In this document: in pieces, positions 15,841-26,340 of the stretch
Layout: each line of letters starts with the position of its first letter
How positions within the stretch are numbered: the first letter of the stretch is position 1
The notes under the pieces: generated by a model
What the model saw: the letters and a program-made list of their open reading frames with translations, nothing else
What the model was told of the DNA's origin: nothing
Database searches by the model: none
Position numbers and translations under genes: made by a program
NCBI GenBank assembly: GCA_049647125.1
Contig: JBARXC010000151.1
Coordinates: 107,956 to 171,955, forward strand
Origin: a bacterium
GTDB lineage: Bacteria; Hydrothermota; Tepidihabitantia; SM23-42
Direction of reading: 5' to 3'
Length of the DNA: 64,000 bases

Positions 15841-17703
15841 TTAGTACGCTACTATCTTCCTGGTATTGGTGTTCTTTTTATCCTGTATAAAATAAGCACC
15901 GCTTGCTGGAGCGGTCCAGTAAAGCTCAGGAGTTTTTATCTCATGAACCTGACGGCCAAGTATGTCATAGATGTATATTTCAGGTTTTGCATCAAAGGTT
16001 GTAATATAGAAAATACGCGGGGCAACCTGTTTCACGGCCATTTCACCAAGGTGCAGGTCACGGGTGAAAACATCAACTATACCCATGGGTCTTAGTCTGA
16101 TCTGCTTCAATGCTTCAACGCTGTCGCTGGCATTATCTTTCACGACAAGACGTACCTCATACGTACCAGGAGCAAGACCCACAGTATTCCAGTAATCGAG
16201 TGTATCTCTGCGCACTTCAATATATTGCTCATTACCTATTGGTATCCACGTAGAATCGCCGAGCAACCTGTAGGAAAGCCTGTAAAAATCAAAGTCAAGT
16301 GGATGGTAAGGACCTGCATCAATCCAGGCAGAACCAATAATACCCACTGTATCGTCGGTATTTGCATTACTCGGAGCTGTTACCGCGGCAACAAAGACTA
16401 TGGATGTATCAGAGACTACCGGGTCTTCTGGAAATTGAGTATTAATAAGTAAGAGCATTGATGAACCTGTCACCCAGATATTACCCCAGGGCATAGCGCA
16501 ATAACCAAGAAAACATATCCCCCTCTGTTTTGTAATCACGTCAGCAGAAATACTCGACAGGAAAACCACAACCATTGAATTATAACTTGCTTCAATATGA
16601 CCGCCACTGCCGTCACAAAAAGCGCTTTGAATCAGAGTATAGCTATTACCAAAACCGCACAACTCGCCGAAAATAGAACTCGTGAGTTCCACATATGACG
16701 TATCATCCGGATATAGGTTCCATGTCTGAACCAGTGTATTTATCAGATGATAGTTTCTATCTGGTACGGGTAAGGTATAATCCTCATACAATAGACCATT
16801 TACCAAACCTGAAACAGTGAAAGAATCGACTCCTTCAAACATGAGCCCGGTCACACGTAGCTCTGAATCATTGATAGTGGCATCTGAACCGCGAAGCGGT
16901 ATTGCCGCCCACATGCAATCGGTTGAACTGTCGATTTCCACATGATAACCAATACCGCTTACATTACTCAGGGTCGAATCAAAATAAAACCCGTATACGG
17001 TATCACCATTGGGAAACGTAAAATCGATGACCGATGAATCAGGGAAAAAATACCAAGTCAGAAAATTATCAACATTTTTAAACTGCGCCGAGCAATCGTC
17101 AGTAAACAACCATTCACCGGTTATACCGACATTGTCAAGATATACAGTAGCGTTTTCTGCTACTCCGGCAGTTGTCCAATCCTGATTAACTACATTATCC
17201 ATAATAAATGAACTGGTACCTTGAATGCTCACGCTGAACGGATAACCACTAAAACTGGTTTCAGAATTCGTAATCGAAAAGTGTGCTGTGTCAGTCACAA
17301 CTATTAGATGATGGTATATATAGTGTTGGATGAAGTTAAGGGTACTTGAATCAACTATTGTCTGGCCTTGATTAGCAGTGATAATATTACCATCAAGATT
17401 GAAATCTGCGCTTTTTATACTCAAAACACCGTCATTTATAACGATGATATCTCCATCATTATAAAAATAGCCGCTTATATTCAAAGTCTCGGCAGGTTCG
17501 TCACCGACAATAATATCATCACGGCTGAATTCTATTTCCATATCCTTCAAGTATAAAAGACTACTTCCAGAACATATCCCGTGTTCTATATGTGCATCTT
17601 GGCTTACAATGGGTTGATTATAATGACTCCTCATTGTTTCCATTGCCCAATCGAGTTTCCCCTGGTCAACATTGAATAACTGTATCAATAAAAAGAATAA
17701 CAT
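15841..17703 (-). CDS. secreted protein (beta-helix-like) with T9SS C-terminal sorting domain
   Basis: Hydrophobic N-terminus and GGGAGG RBS. C-terminus ...EIYIYDILGRQVHEIK...ASGAYFIQDKKNTNTRKIVAY matches the Por-secretion-tail pattern. Confidence 0.7.
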   Translation of the reverse strand: MLFFLLIQLFNVDQGKLDWAMETMRSHYNQPIVSQDAHIEHGICSGSSLLYLKDMEIEFSRDDIIVGDEPAETLNISGYFYNDGDIIVINDGVLSIKSADFNLDGNIITANQGQTIVDSSTLNFIQHYIYHHLIVVTDTAHFSITNSETSFSGYPFSVSIQGTSSFIMDNVVNQDWTTAGVAENATVYLDNVGITGEWLFTDDCSAQFKNVDNFLTWYFFPDSSVIDFTFPNGDTVYGFYFDSTLSNVSGIGYHVEIDSSTDCMWAAIPLRGSDATINDSELRVTGLMFEGVDSFTVSGLVNGLLYEDYTLPVPDRNYHLINTLVQTWNLYPDDTSYVELTSSIFGELCGFGNSYTLIQSAFCDGSGGHIEASYNSMVVVFLSSISADVITKQRGICFLGYCAMPWGNIWVTGSSMLLLINTQFPEDPVVSDTSIVFVAAVTAPSNANTDDTVGIIGSAWIDAGPYHPLDFDFYRLSYRLLGDSTWIPIGNEQYIEVRRDTLDYWNTVGLAPGTYEVRLVVKDNASDSVEALKQIRLRPMGIVDVFTRDLHLGEMAVKQVAPRIFYITTFDAKPEIYIYDILGRQVHEIKTPELYWTAPASGAYFIQDKKNTNTRKIVAY

Positions 17704-17734
17704 TTTTCCTCCCTTTAAATAAACACTCTGCCCA

Positions 17735-18052
17735 TCATAGCTTTATAAATGGAAGTATCTTCTCAAAAAGCTTGTTTCCAATACCCTTAACCTTTTTGAT
17801 ATCCTCTACTGTTTTGAATGAACCATGTTCTTTGCGGTACGCCACTATTCTACCGGCTAAGGCAGGTCCAATCCCTGGCAGCACATCTAATTCCTCGAGC
17901 CGGCCACTATTTATCGGTATCTTTACCGCGATCTCTTCAACAACAACAAGGGTATTTGCCTTTAGCCTCTCTCGCTTTGCATAGTTTACTATATTCAATG
18001 CAATAAGAACTGCGATGAGGATTACCAGAACCAATATTTCGCGTTTACTCAT
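17735..18052 (-). CDS. comEA: ComEA-family helix-hairpin-helix DNA-binding protein
   Basis: N-terminal TM, then LPGIGPALAGRIVAYRKEHGSFKTVEDIKKVKGIGNKLFEKI (tandem HhH). Confidence 0.8.
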   Translation of the reverse strand: MSKREILVLVILIAVLIALNIVNYAKRERLKANTLVVVEEIAVKIPINSGRLEELDVLPGIGPALAGRIVAYRKEHGSFKTVEDIKKVKGIGNKLFEKILPFIKL

Positions 18053-18065
18053 AAAGGTAAATTAA

Positions 18066-18190
18066 ATTACAAATCCCGAATAACAATAACCAAACAATAC
18101 TTAATTTCAAAATCCGAAACATAAATTGCAAATTTTAGGTATTTGAATTTGGAAATTGTTTGTGATTTGGTGCTTGGAACTTGGAATTTC
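18066..18190. repeat. simple-sequence spacer, copy 3 (dyad form)
   Basis: caaatcccgaa...caaaatccgaaac on the left. atttgaatttggaaattgtttgtgatttggtgcttggaacttggaattt on the right, the same TTGGA-type repeats as copies 1 and 2. Confidence 0.5.
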
Positions 18191-18192
18191 AC

Positions 18193-19005
18193 TTAGTAGA
18201 TGTATTCCGTATAGACAATTCTCAAAAGAAATCGATACATGGTTTCCAGGCTTTCCTCGCTACATTTATCAAACGTGTCATTTTCAGAATCCCAGTATGG
18301 ATAATCAAAATCAATAACATCTATCGCCCTTATTCCATACTTGATAAGGGAATAATGGTCGTCGATAATATAATACTTGATTGCCGGGATAAAAACAGCC
18401 GGTGCGATATCCATACCGATGCGCCAAATAGAATCAACTAAATCGGGAAAGAACTGTACTGAATGACCCTCCTGGAAAATCTGCAGATCTTTGTCGCCAA
18501 TCATATCCAGAACAAGTATGAATGAATAGTTATCAACGCATTTTGAGGCAAAATGATTGGAGCCAAGCAGTGCCGCTTTATCAACATCCTCACCGTCAAA
18601 GAAAATAATGTCCACGCTCATTGGAGGCGGGTTAAGACTGAGTGTGTCAATTAAACTCAGCAAAACTGCAACGCCTGATCCGCCGTCGTTCGCGCCCGGG
18701 CAACCAATGTCAGAATCCCAGTGTGCAGCAATCCCGATCCTTGTATTGCTACCTGGGAATCTTTTATAGATATTATAAAACCACGAACCGCGTGTATAGA
18801 ATGAATCAACCTCGGGGTTGCTTATCTTGCTAATTATGTAATCCCCTGCCTTTTCATGACCCGGGGTTCCTGGCACGCGCTCGCCAATGTGGCAAAAATC
18901 AGTAAAGTGCTTATAGGGTGGACGCGCGAACAGCAAGTCTATGTTAATAAACAAAATCACTGATATCATTAGCACCTGGAGAAAACCAGCAACCTTGTTT
19001 AACAT
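18193..19005 (-). CDS. M28 family peptidase / glutaminyl-cyclase-like protein
   Basis: IAAHWDS...GANDGGSGVAVLL...FFDGED...LDMIGD...IIDDH motifs of the M28 fold. N-terminal TM/signal. Confidence 0.65.
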   Translation of the reverse strand: MLNKVAGFLQVLMISVILFINIDLLFARPPYKHFTDFCHIGERVPGTPGHEKAGDYIISKISNPEVDSFYTRGSWFYNIYKRFPGSNTRIGIAAHWDSDIGCPGANDGGSGVAVLLSLIDTLSLNPPPMSVDIIFFDGEDVDKAALLGSNHFASKCVDNYSFILVLDMIGDKDLQIFQEGHSVQFFPDLVDSIWRIGMDIAPAVFIPAIKYYIIDDHYSLIKYGIRAIDVIDFDYPYWDSENDTFDKCSEESLETMYRFLLRIVYTEYIY

Positions 19006-19051
19006 CTAAGAGAACCTCTACGCTCTTTGTTTACTCCAAGAGCCATTTTGT

Positions 19052-22000
19052 CTAAAAATTTATGTTTGTCCAAATATTGAGCCCAACCCTTCTTGTGTCC
19101 TGATCACTGTTTATGTCATCGCTTTTCGAGTAATCGAAATTGGCACCGCCGGTTATGGACGAGGAGAAATTATAAGACATCCCGACTGTTGAACTCAAGG
19201 TGCTCGTATTGGTCGCGGGGTTTAAGAGGTCGTTATAATAGTTAGTGCTTCGGTTATAATTAAGCGTCAAGTTTACTGATAGGTTAGAGGAAAATTTTAT
19301 CCCTTTGAGGAGTGGTATATTTATACCCTTTGGCGCACTAAAAGTATAGGCAAAACTTGCTGAGCCACCCCGTGTAATCATCTTTGACTCCACGGCCATG
19401 GTGTCCGCATAATAATCTCTGCTATTTGTCTCTGAATAGTTAGCCTCCAGGGTCGTTGATATCCCTTTGATCCAACTTGCTTGCCAGCTTGCCACAGGAG
19501 ATAAATTCAAGGTCTTAGAATCTGAAACCAAGTCACTTGCTGAGTCAACAACCACATTGTAGCGTTTTTCAAATGTCTGGCTGAAATTTGTCAGAATGGA
19601 TGAGTTGCGACACCATTTCTTCAAAAAAGGAAGGGATTCGAGCTTCATAAGGCGGACACTCAGGTTCGGGTACGACATGTTATCTGTTCTGGTCTGTGCG
19701 CCACCATAATTGAAAGTTCGGTTCACAGTACCAGTATAACCACCATTAGCACTTAAGAACTTGTAATTGAACCCAGACGATAACCCATAGTTGTCAACAA
19801 CCCCCCGACCAGGAAAACTTCCTTGGGCAATATCGTCAGGAGGTATCGAATCGATCAACCCCCACTGATAATCAAGGTCAGGGCGTGTTTTTACATTAAG
19901 GTAGTTGGAACTACGCTGTCGTGAGTATCTGAATTGCACGTTTTGTATGTAACCTACAAATCTTTCAATTTGTCTGGCTATCCACCCAGGCGAGCCAGCA
20001 ACATAGAGCGTATCCTTAGTCTCGTCTCTCAATCTTGTAAATAGTCTCACAATACTGCCCACTTTTACAGCACCGTCAACACCATAAGTCCCACTATTGC
20101 TTACATTACGCAGATCCTGGTCCTGCCTGATCTCAAAACGAAAATCTTCATTATAAGATGAGTTGAATGTAAACCGCGGTGTGACGATTTTAAGATCTGG
20201 AGAGAACGACGTATTGAAATTCTGGTTTCTACTTACTTCTTCACCGTATCGCTTACTCGCAAAAACTGAATCGCGGGTTTGAGCAAAGTTATAATTAGCG
20301 TTGATAATAGAGTAGGGTGAATAGGCAACCGAGAAAGAAGGCGTCAAGATTTTTCGATGCTGGGTACCGCCGATAGTCTGCTCAAAAGAATCAACAAGGC
20401 TTGAACGATAGTACGCTTTCACTGAATTATCAGTGTAGATGGAGTTGAAACTAATACTCTTCGGTAGCAGATAAAATTTCTGTTTGAGCACTGTGAAGCT
20501 CAGATTTGGGGCGAGTGTGTAAGAACCCCTGAAATTCTTGATGTCTGATGTATCAGCGCTAAGAGCAGACCGCGAATAAACCTGGGTTTGATCATGGTCA
20601 AATGTGATTCGGTCAATTGTATTTTTCATAAACCAGTTTTTTGATTGTGACTTGGAAAAACCAACTGTATATGAACGCATTAGAATCTTCGACTTTTGTT
20701 CTTCTCGATCCTCCGCGGTAATCTCAACATCATCAGAATAATATGAGAATCTTGGTTCTGAGATGTTTTTTCGGAAGCTCATGCCAACCGGTATTTTGAA
20801 GTGCCAATCCAAAGGTAGGAACTTATCGAGCGAGATATTTCCACTTACTGAGTAACCTCGACCAGCGCTCGCCGTTGAGATGCCCTTGGACTCAGACAAC
20901 CTTTTGAAACGACCGTTTGATTCATCATAAGCGAAGTTCAATGATGCGAAGTCAGCAAGTATGAGTGAACCATTTCCACGAAAGATCCTGCCAACTTCCG
21001 ATTTTGGTGATTTCAACTTTATATCATTGAACCATATTGTATCGGTCAGTGGCGTGACAAACTGATTGCTAATTCTTACTTCGAAATACCGGTTATTGGA
21101 CAATGAAGGGTTACCAACAAGCGTATGAGTAGAATCGCTGACCGTATCAGCATCTGGATCTCTATCCCTCTTCAGGTCGATAAAACTCTGCATAGAAATT
21201 TTGAAGAGTCGGTAATTGTTAATACCCAACTCACCATTATTGTATTCAGTAGTGTACTCATAAAAGTTCAGGCTATCGCTGCCCAATCTCAATGAAATAA
21301 GAGGGTTTGTATTGTGTGCATTCAAGTAAAAAGTCAGTGTATCATAGGCACGATAATCCTCATTTTCATCAGTTCTACGATGGGCAACGCAGCTAATCCC
21401 CTGAGGGATATTCACAACCATGAATTCCAGACCGCCCTCAGTCTTGGTCTGACCAAACTGATCATACTCCTCATGGTAGGGTGATCTGTAATATGAATGA
21501 GTTTTGGTGTTTACCGGGGTAAGCGTAAAAACCGCACCAGGCGGCGGTAACTTACCGCCAACAAAACCGTGGTTCTTCCATCTGCTGCCCGTAGCACTCA
21601 ATTTGTATATCATCAGGGTCTCGGTACTGGTAAAACCATCAAACCAAATCCTAACGTATTTAATATCGTGCCAATCTGGTTGACCGAACAATGTATCCAT
21701 TTCTGGAGAATCTTTAATTGACACCCGGAACATTTTCCAGCCATTAGTCAAACCAGCGTTTTTTATGTAGCGTGTTGAAGTTGTGTCGTCAAGATCTACC
21801 GAATAACTGAAATAACGGTTCTTTGTGTTCAAATTGCCATCGCGATCAAGGTCTTCTGTATCCCATAATGCGTTACCCTCAGTACCGTTTGTGCCACCGG
21901 TATAGTCAGAGATTTGGTAATCATCATTACCATCATCAAGCGCACCCGGCACATAATCATCATCATCGCCGTACACATCGTCCAAACCAGTATCCTCGCT

Positions 22001-24454
22001 CATCTGATTCCAAACATTGTTGTTGTCATCATCTTCATCGTCAAAAACCTGATAACCAACCAATTCACCGCTTTTATTTCGACGCAGTTGGTCTTCGCTG
22101 ATCTCCTGTGCAAAATCAACATGAATAACACTGCCTTTGCCTTTTATTATTAGTTCAAGGTTCTCAATATCTTCGAAGTCCTCACTGTAGATGTATTGGG
22201 TCAAACCACCAAAAGACGAATCATGTTCAGGCTGGAAAATTATCTTCAGAACATCAGCTGCTTCATTAGGATCCAGAGGATCCTCGTATATATCATCGGC
22301 CTGGAGAACATCCTCCTTACGAAGATTATACCAGATTATCCTATTCTGCACAAAGTTAGCAGTATCTTTGTCAATCGGCGTTGAACAGAGCGCCCAAGAG
22401 ATCTTAGCAACAGAAATATCATTGCTAATCACGGTCGATGACTCCAAATCATCAAGAAAAACTTCATTTTTGGCATTGAGGTTAGAAAAAGAGTACGCGC
22501 CTTCAAAATTGATGTTCGCCCTCGAAGCAGTTTCCGTTTCAACCAAGGGCAGCCAATCGATCACTTTTGTAACAACTGGTAAATCCTGCGGATAGGAGAA
22601 ATCTACTTCCCAGACCATCCTGTTAAAAGGTTCTTCTTTTAGCCGGACATGGTCCACTGGATATGATTCTGTACGATAGAAGAACGAAGACCCAAGCATT
22701 GCATCTCCAAAAGGTCTCAACGTACTGCGCAGCCCAACAAGAGATTTTTCTGCAGCTGAGAAAAATGGCGCATATTCAATCTTGATCCTGACCTTTTGCG
22801 TTGGCAATATAGGTTTTCTGAATTCAAGTATGCCACCATCATAATCCACATGATAGTCGTTTATAGAATCCTGCAATACTTCATCAACAAATACCGTTAC
22901 CTTCTTCACGTTATCAGGCAACATGTAGACTGCCTTAGCTTGCATGGATTTTTTATACAAATAGAACTTGCCCGGAGTGGTCATATACGGATTAGTGTAA
23001 ATTTCGATGTCTGGGTTTTCAAGCACCGCAGATGCAAAAGGCATGCTGTCTGGAAAAATAAGTAAACCGCGCCCCTGGAAAAAGACGACATTCTCATCGA
23101 CCAGGTTGTTTTTGTCATTGTCGAGTCCAAGGAGTTGGATAAAAGACACACCATCCTGGTTATCTTTGTGTTCACCGCCCGATGTTATATAGAATATACG
23201 TAGTGAATCGAGCTTAGACCCGGGTGCTACTACCTGGTAGTAGTTTTTCTTCTCATAATGCCAAGTATATGACAATGTATCAAGGATATCAGGACAGATC
23301 AATTTTAGTTGCATTGTATCGCTATGTATTGCATCGGTTACAATACCCACTGTATCGGTTTGTCCCAGACTGTTTATCTTTACATACCAAACACCGAGCA
23401 CTTGGTTATTAGACAGCTGGTAATTGAGCTCAATTATGTTTGATTGCGGGATACGATAATAGAAATCACCTTCTTGCTGCTCAGTGAAATAACCGCTTTG
23501 ACGATTTGTCTGAACAGTTGTGTCGTCAGGGATATTATCATCATTAATATCAAGGTAAGCATGGGCAAAGAATGTTACGCCCTGATTATTATTCTGAGCA
23601 TCATTATCATCGACATAAACTTTTAGCTTAACGATTGAATCATGCGTACCCACGTAAAAGAAACGACGGCGTTCATAGTACTTTGCCCAGGTCGTGTCAT
23701 ACTGGGCCTGGGTAGAACCCTCTATCTCTATTTCCTGGGTTTTGGTCTGTTCTTTTGATGCGACGGCGACGATATCTAAAGGACCTAGTTTTGCCGATGA
23801 TTTGATTCCGAAAAGACCGCGATGCGAAGGTATGTCACCAGTATATGTAGTCGCTGGGATCGACAGATCAGTATCACCTCCTTCGATCTCTTGGATTATC
23901 TCATCTTCTCGACCACGGTAAGTAACTGTAATTTTGTTCTCGGTTTCATTTACCCTTTCTGAATTATGGTCAATGTAAACACGCATCCGGTCACCAACCT
24001 CACCGTCAAGTTTTATCGACATCTCCTGTTTCATCTCCAATTCAGGCAACCAGGAGAATTCAGATTCACCAGGGAGGTTTGAAATAAACGTCTCGCTACC
24101 GCCAATAGTAATCTTGACGTGCCCACCCACATCAAGTTTGCCGGTTTCGCCCATGAAATCACTAAAACCACCTTTAGGCAAAGCTATTTCAAAAGTACCG
24201 AACAGGCCCTGGCTTGCATAGCCACCTTGTTGTCTCAAACCCTGCTTGAACTGCTTTAAAAGCACCTCGCGATTACGTAGCATAAGACCCTCATCGAGGT
24301 GCTTATCAACACTCACCACGCTGTCAATGCTTATAAACTCCCCCTGATAATAACGTGCATAGATCAGAAACGTACCGTCAGCATCGAGAAATACCTGGGT
24401 CTCATAGGGCGTTGACAACTGCGAAAAAAGAATAACTGAAAGTATTAAAATCAT
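19052..24454 (-). CDS. sprA: T9SS outer-membrane translocon SprA/Sov homolog
   Basis: 1800 aa, signal peptide, C-terminal ...NINF. N-terminal block ITVTYRGREDEIIQEIEGGDTDLSIP...RGLFGIKSSAKLGPLDIVAVASKEQTKTQEIEIEG matches my recollection of the conserved SprA segment (...LEYTGYEDDIIQKIEAGNVS...SLFGIKTQLQFG...). T9SS cargo genes lie nearby. Confidence 0.7.
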   Translation of the reverse strand: MILILSVILFSQLSTPYETQVFLDADGTFLIYARYYQGEFISIDSVVSVDKHLDEGLMLRNREVLLKQFKQGLRQQGGYASQGLFGTFEIALPKGGFSDFMGETGKLDVGGHVKITIGGSETFISNLPGESEFSWLPELEMKQEMSIKLDGEVGDRMRVYIDHNSERVNETENKITVTYRGREDEIIQEIEGGDTDLSIPATTYTGDIPSHRGLFGIKSSAKLGPLDIVAVASKEQTKTQEIEIEGSTQAQYDTTWAKYYERRRFFYVGTHDSIVKLKVYVDDNDAQNNNQGVTFFAHAYLDINDDNIPDDTTVQTNRQSGYFTEQQEGDFYYRIPQSNIIELNYQLSNNQVLGVWYVKINSLGQTDTVGIVTDAIHSDTMQLKLICPDILDTLSYTWHYEKKNYYQVVAPGSKLDSLRIFYITSGGEHKDNQDGVSFIQLLGLDNDKNNLVDENVVFFQGRGLLIFPDSMPFASAVLENPDIEIYTNPYMTTPGKFYLYKKSMQAKAVYMLPDNVKKVTVFVDEVLQDSINDYHVDYDGGILEFRKPILPTQKVRIKIEYAPFFSAAEKSLVGLRSTLRPFGDAMLGSSFFYRTESYPVDHVRLKEEPFNRMVWEVDFSYPQDLPVVTKVIDWLPLVETETASRANINFEGAYSFSNLNAKNEVFLDDLESSTVISNDISVAKISWALCSTPIDKDTANFVQNRIIWYNLRKEDVLQADDIYEDPLDPNEAADVLKIIFQPEHDSSFGGLTQYIYSEDFEDIENLELIIKGKGSVIHVDFAQEISEDQLRRNKSGELVGYQVFDDEDDDNNNVWNQMSEDTGLDDVYGDDDDYVPGALDDGNDDYQISDYTGGTNGTEGNALWDTEDLDRDGNLNTKNRYFSYSVDLDDTTSTRYIKNAGLTNGWKMFRVSIKDSPEMDTLFGQPDWHDIKYVRIWFDGFTSTETLMIYKLSATGSRWKNHGFVGGKLPPPGAVFTLTPVNTKTHSYYRSPYHEEYDQFGQTKTEGGLEFMVVNIPQGISCVAHRRTDENEDYRAYDTLTFYLNAHNTNPLISLRLGSDSLNFYEYTTEYNNGELGINNYRLFKISMQSFIDLKRDRDPDADTVSDSTHTLVGNPSLSNNRYFEVRISNQFVTPLTDTIWFNDIKLKSPKSEVGRIFRGNGSLILADFASLNFAYDESNGRFKRLSESKGISTASAGRGYSVSGNISLDKFLPLDWHFKIPVGMSFRKNISEPRFSYYSDDVEITAEDREEQKSKILMRSYTVGFSKSQSKNWFMKNTIDRITFDHDQTQVYSRSALSADTSDIKNFRGSYTLAPNLSFTVLKQKFYLLPKSISFNSIYTDNSVKAYYRSSLVDSFEQTIGGTQHRKILTPSFSVAYSPYSIINANYNFAQTRDSVFASKRYGEEVSRNQNFNTSFSPDLKIVTPRFTFNSSYNEDFRFEIRQDQDLRNVSNSGTYGVDGAVKVGSIVRLFTRLRDETKDTLYVAGSPGWIARQIERFVGYIQNVQFRYSRQRSSNYLNVKTRPDLDYQWGLIDSIPPDDIAQGSFPGRGVVDNYGLSSGFNYKFLSANGGYTGTVNRTFNYGGAQTRTDNMSYPNLSVRLMKLESLPFLKKWCRNSSILTNFSQTFEKRYNVVVDSASDLVSDSKTLNLSPVASWQASWIKGISTTLEANYSETNSRDYYADTMAVESKMITRGGSASFAYTFSAPKGINIPLLKGIKFSSNLSVNLTLNYNRSTNYYNDLLNPATNTSTLSSTVGMSYNFSSSITGGANFDYSKSDDINSDQDTRRVGLNIWTNINF

Positions 24455-26310
24455 ATAAAAGAAAGTATTTTATCGGCGATACCCGCTCCATTAAGTCCTG
24501 CGATTTCTAATAAGATATCTCTTGATCCATGTTCAATGAACGTATCGGGAAAACCAATACAATGGACTTTGACCGGCACATCCTTCTCTGAGAAGTATTC
24601 CAATACGGCGCTGCCAAAACCACCGCGGCGTGTGTTCTCCTCAATTGTGATGACTGTATGAACGCCCCTTGAGAGCTCTTGAAGCATATCAGTATCTAAG
24701 GGTTTGATAAAACGACCATTTATTATTGTCGGGTTCAGACCCTTGCGCTTCAAAATAACGAGGGCACTGAGTGCTTGCTTGACCATTGACCCGACCGCGA
24801 TCACTGCGATATCGCGACCTTGCTCAAGGATCTCCCACTTACCAATGGGGATCGTATCAGGGTTATTATTCTTGACCAGGGGGCAGGTACCCCTTGGATA
24901 TCGTATTACAAAGGGATGTTTGTGCTCATTGACTGCGGTCTTGAGCATCGCAATCAATTCATCGCCGTCTTTGGGCGCGCCGATAATTATATTCGGTATA
25001 CATCTGAAAAATGAAATATCAAATGGACCATGGTGGGTTGGGCCATCCTGGCCAACCAGACCGGCACGGTCAACGGCAAAAATAACCGGTACATCCTGCA
25101 GACAAACATCATGGATAATTTGATCATAGGCGCGCTGAAGGAATGTTGAGTAGATTGCACAAACCGGTACATAGTCTTGTATAGCAAGTGCTGCCGCCAT
25201 GGTCACTGCGTGCTGTTCAGTGATACCGACGTCAAAGAATCGCTCCGGTATTTCTTCACGAAACTTTTTCAGACCAGTCCCCAGGCACATGCCAGCAGTA
25301 ATAGCGATGATCTTCTTGTTTTTCTTGGCAAGCCTTACAATGGCATCGCCGAATACCGATGTCCATGATTGCGCCTTGCTTTTTACTTCTCCGGTCTCTG
25401 GACAATAGGGTCCGATGCCGTGAAATGCTTCAGGATGCTTCTCAGCAGCCTCAAATCCCTTGCCTTTCTTCGTCACGACGTGGATAAACCTTGAGCCTTT
25501 CATCTCTTTTACTCTCTGAAAAGTATCGATCAGCTCACTGAGCTTATGGCCGTTGAGCGGACCAATATATCGGAAGCCAAGTTCTTCAAAGATCACTGCC
25601 GGTGCATACAGACCCTTTAATCCCTCTTGGAATAACTTGGCAAGATTCCTGCTCCGGTCTCTCGTGTACGGTGGAAATTTACCCAGGAATTTCCATAGGT
25701 CATCGCGAAAGCGATTGTAGGTCCGCGTCGTAATAATTCTTGTTAGATACTGAGACAGCGCACCTACTGTGTCACCGATAGAACGCTCGTTATCATTCAA
25801 GACAACAATCACGTCCTTTTTCAAAAGACCTAAGTGATTGAGTGCTTCAAAAGCAATACCCGCACTTAATGATCCGTCACCAATAACACTTATTATATTG
25901 AACTTGTCGCCCTTAAGATCTCTTGCTAAAGCAAAACCGGTTGCTGCAGACAAAGAGGTCGAAGAATGCCCGGTGTCAAAGACATCGTATTTTGACTCTT
26001 TCCTCTTTGGAAAACCACTAATCCCTTTATATGTTCTTATCGTGTGGAATTTCAAGTAGCGGCCAGTAATCAGTTTCTGAGCATAGGTTTGGTGGCCAAC
26101 ATCCCAGATGATCTTGTCTACATCAGCATCAAATACCTTGTATAACGCGATGGTCAATTCTACAACCCCCAACGAAGGTGCAACATGACCACCGGTCTGA
26201 GCGCACGTATTGATGATCTTCTCTCTGATTTCACGAGCAAGCACCTGTAATTGCTCGAGTGTCAGGTCCTGCAGATCCTTGGGACCTTTGATCTTACTCA
26301 GAATAGCCAT
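24451..26310 (-). CDS. dxs: 1-deoxy-D-xylulose-5-phosphate synthase
   Basis: GGHVAPSLGVVELTIAL, GDGSLSAG (TPP-binding) and DVGITEQHAV motifs. 619 aa. Confidence 0.95.
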   Translation of the reverse strand: MAILSKIKGPKDLQDLTLEQLQVLAREIREKIINTCAQTGGHVAPSLGVVELTIALYKVFDADVDKIIWDVGHQTYAQKLITGRYLKFHTIRTYKGISGFPKRKESKYDVFDTGHSSTSLSAATGFALARDLKGDKFNIISVIGDGSLSAGIAFEALNHLGLLKKDVIVVLNDNERSIGDTVGALSQYLTRIITTRTYNRFRDDLWKFLGKFPPYTRDRSRNLAKLFQEGLKGLYAPAVIFEELGFRYIGPLNGHKLSELIDTFQRVKEMKGSRFIHVVTKKGKGFEAAEKHPEAFHGIGPYCPETGEVKSKAQSWTSVFGDAIVRLAKKNKKIIAITAGMCLGTGLKKFREEIPERFFDVGITEQHAVTMAAALAIQDYVPVCAIYSTFLQRAYDQIIHDVCLQDVPVIFAVDRAGLVGQDGPTHHGPFDISFFRCIPNIIIGAPKDGDELIAMLKTAVNEHKHPFVIRYPRGTCPLVKNNNPDTIPIGKWEILEQGRDIAVIAVGSMVKQALSALVILKRKGLNPTIINGRFIKPLDTDMLQELSRGVHTVITIEENTRRGGFGSAVLEYFSEKDVPVKVHCIGFPDTFIEHGSRDILLEIAGLNGAGIADKILSFI

Positions 26311-26340
26311 AGGACTGTGTAATTACCCGGGAACATAATA

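Noticed and set aside
15659-15844. 61-aa plus-strand ORF in the 326-nt spacer upstream of the rSAM operon
   Set aside because: It has no RBS and is antisense to the flow of transcription on both sides. It is Cys/Arg-rich and low-complexity, and overlaps repeat-like sequence. It is more likely non-coding.
18193-19005. Functional link between the M28/glutaminyl-cyclase-like gene next to sprA and N-terminal pyroglutamate formation on T9SS cargo, as in Porphyromonas
   Set aside because: None of the five cargo proteins here shows an obvious Gln right after a plausible signal-peptidase site. The conserved YWH(T) context also reads YWDS. The link is too speculative to report as a finding.
21823-22153. 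His-rich plus-strand ORFs (…HHYHHQAHPAHNHHHRR…) inside sprA
   Set aside because: This is an antisense reading of the Asp-rich GAT/GAC codon run of the SprA-like gene, so it is a compositional artefact.
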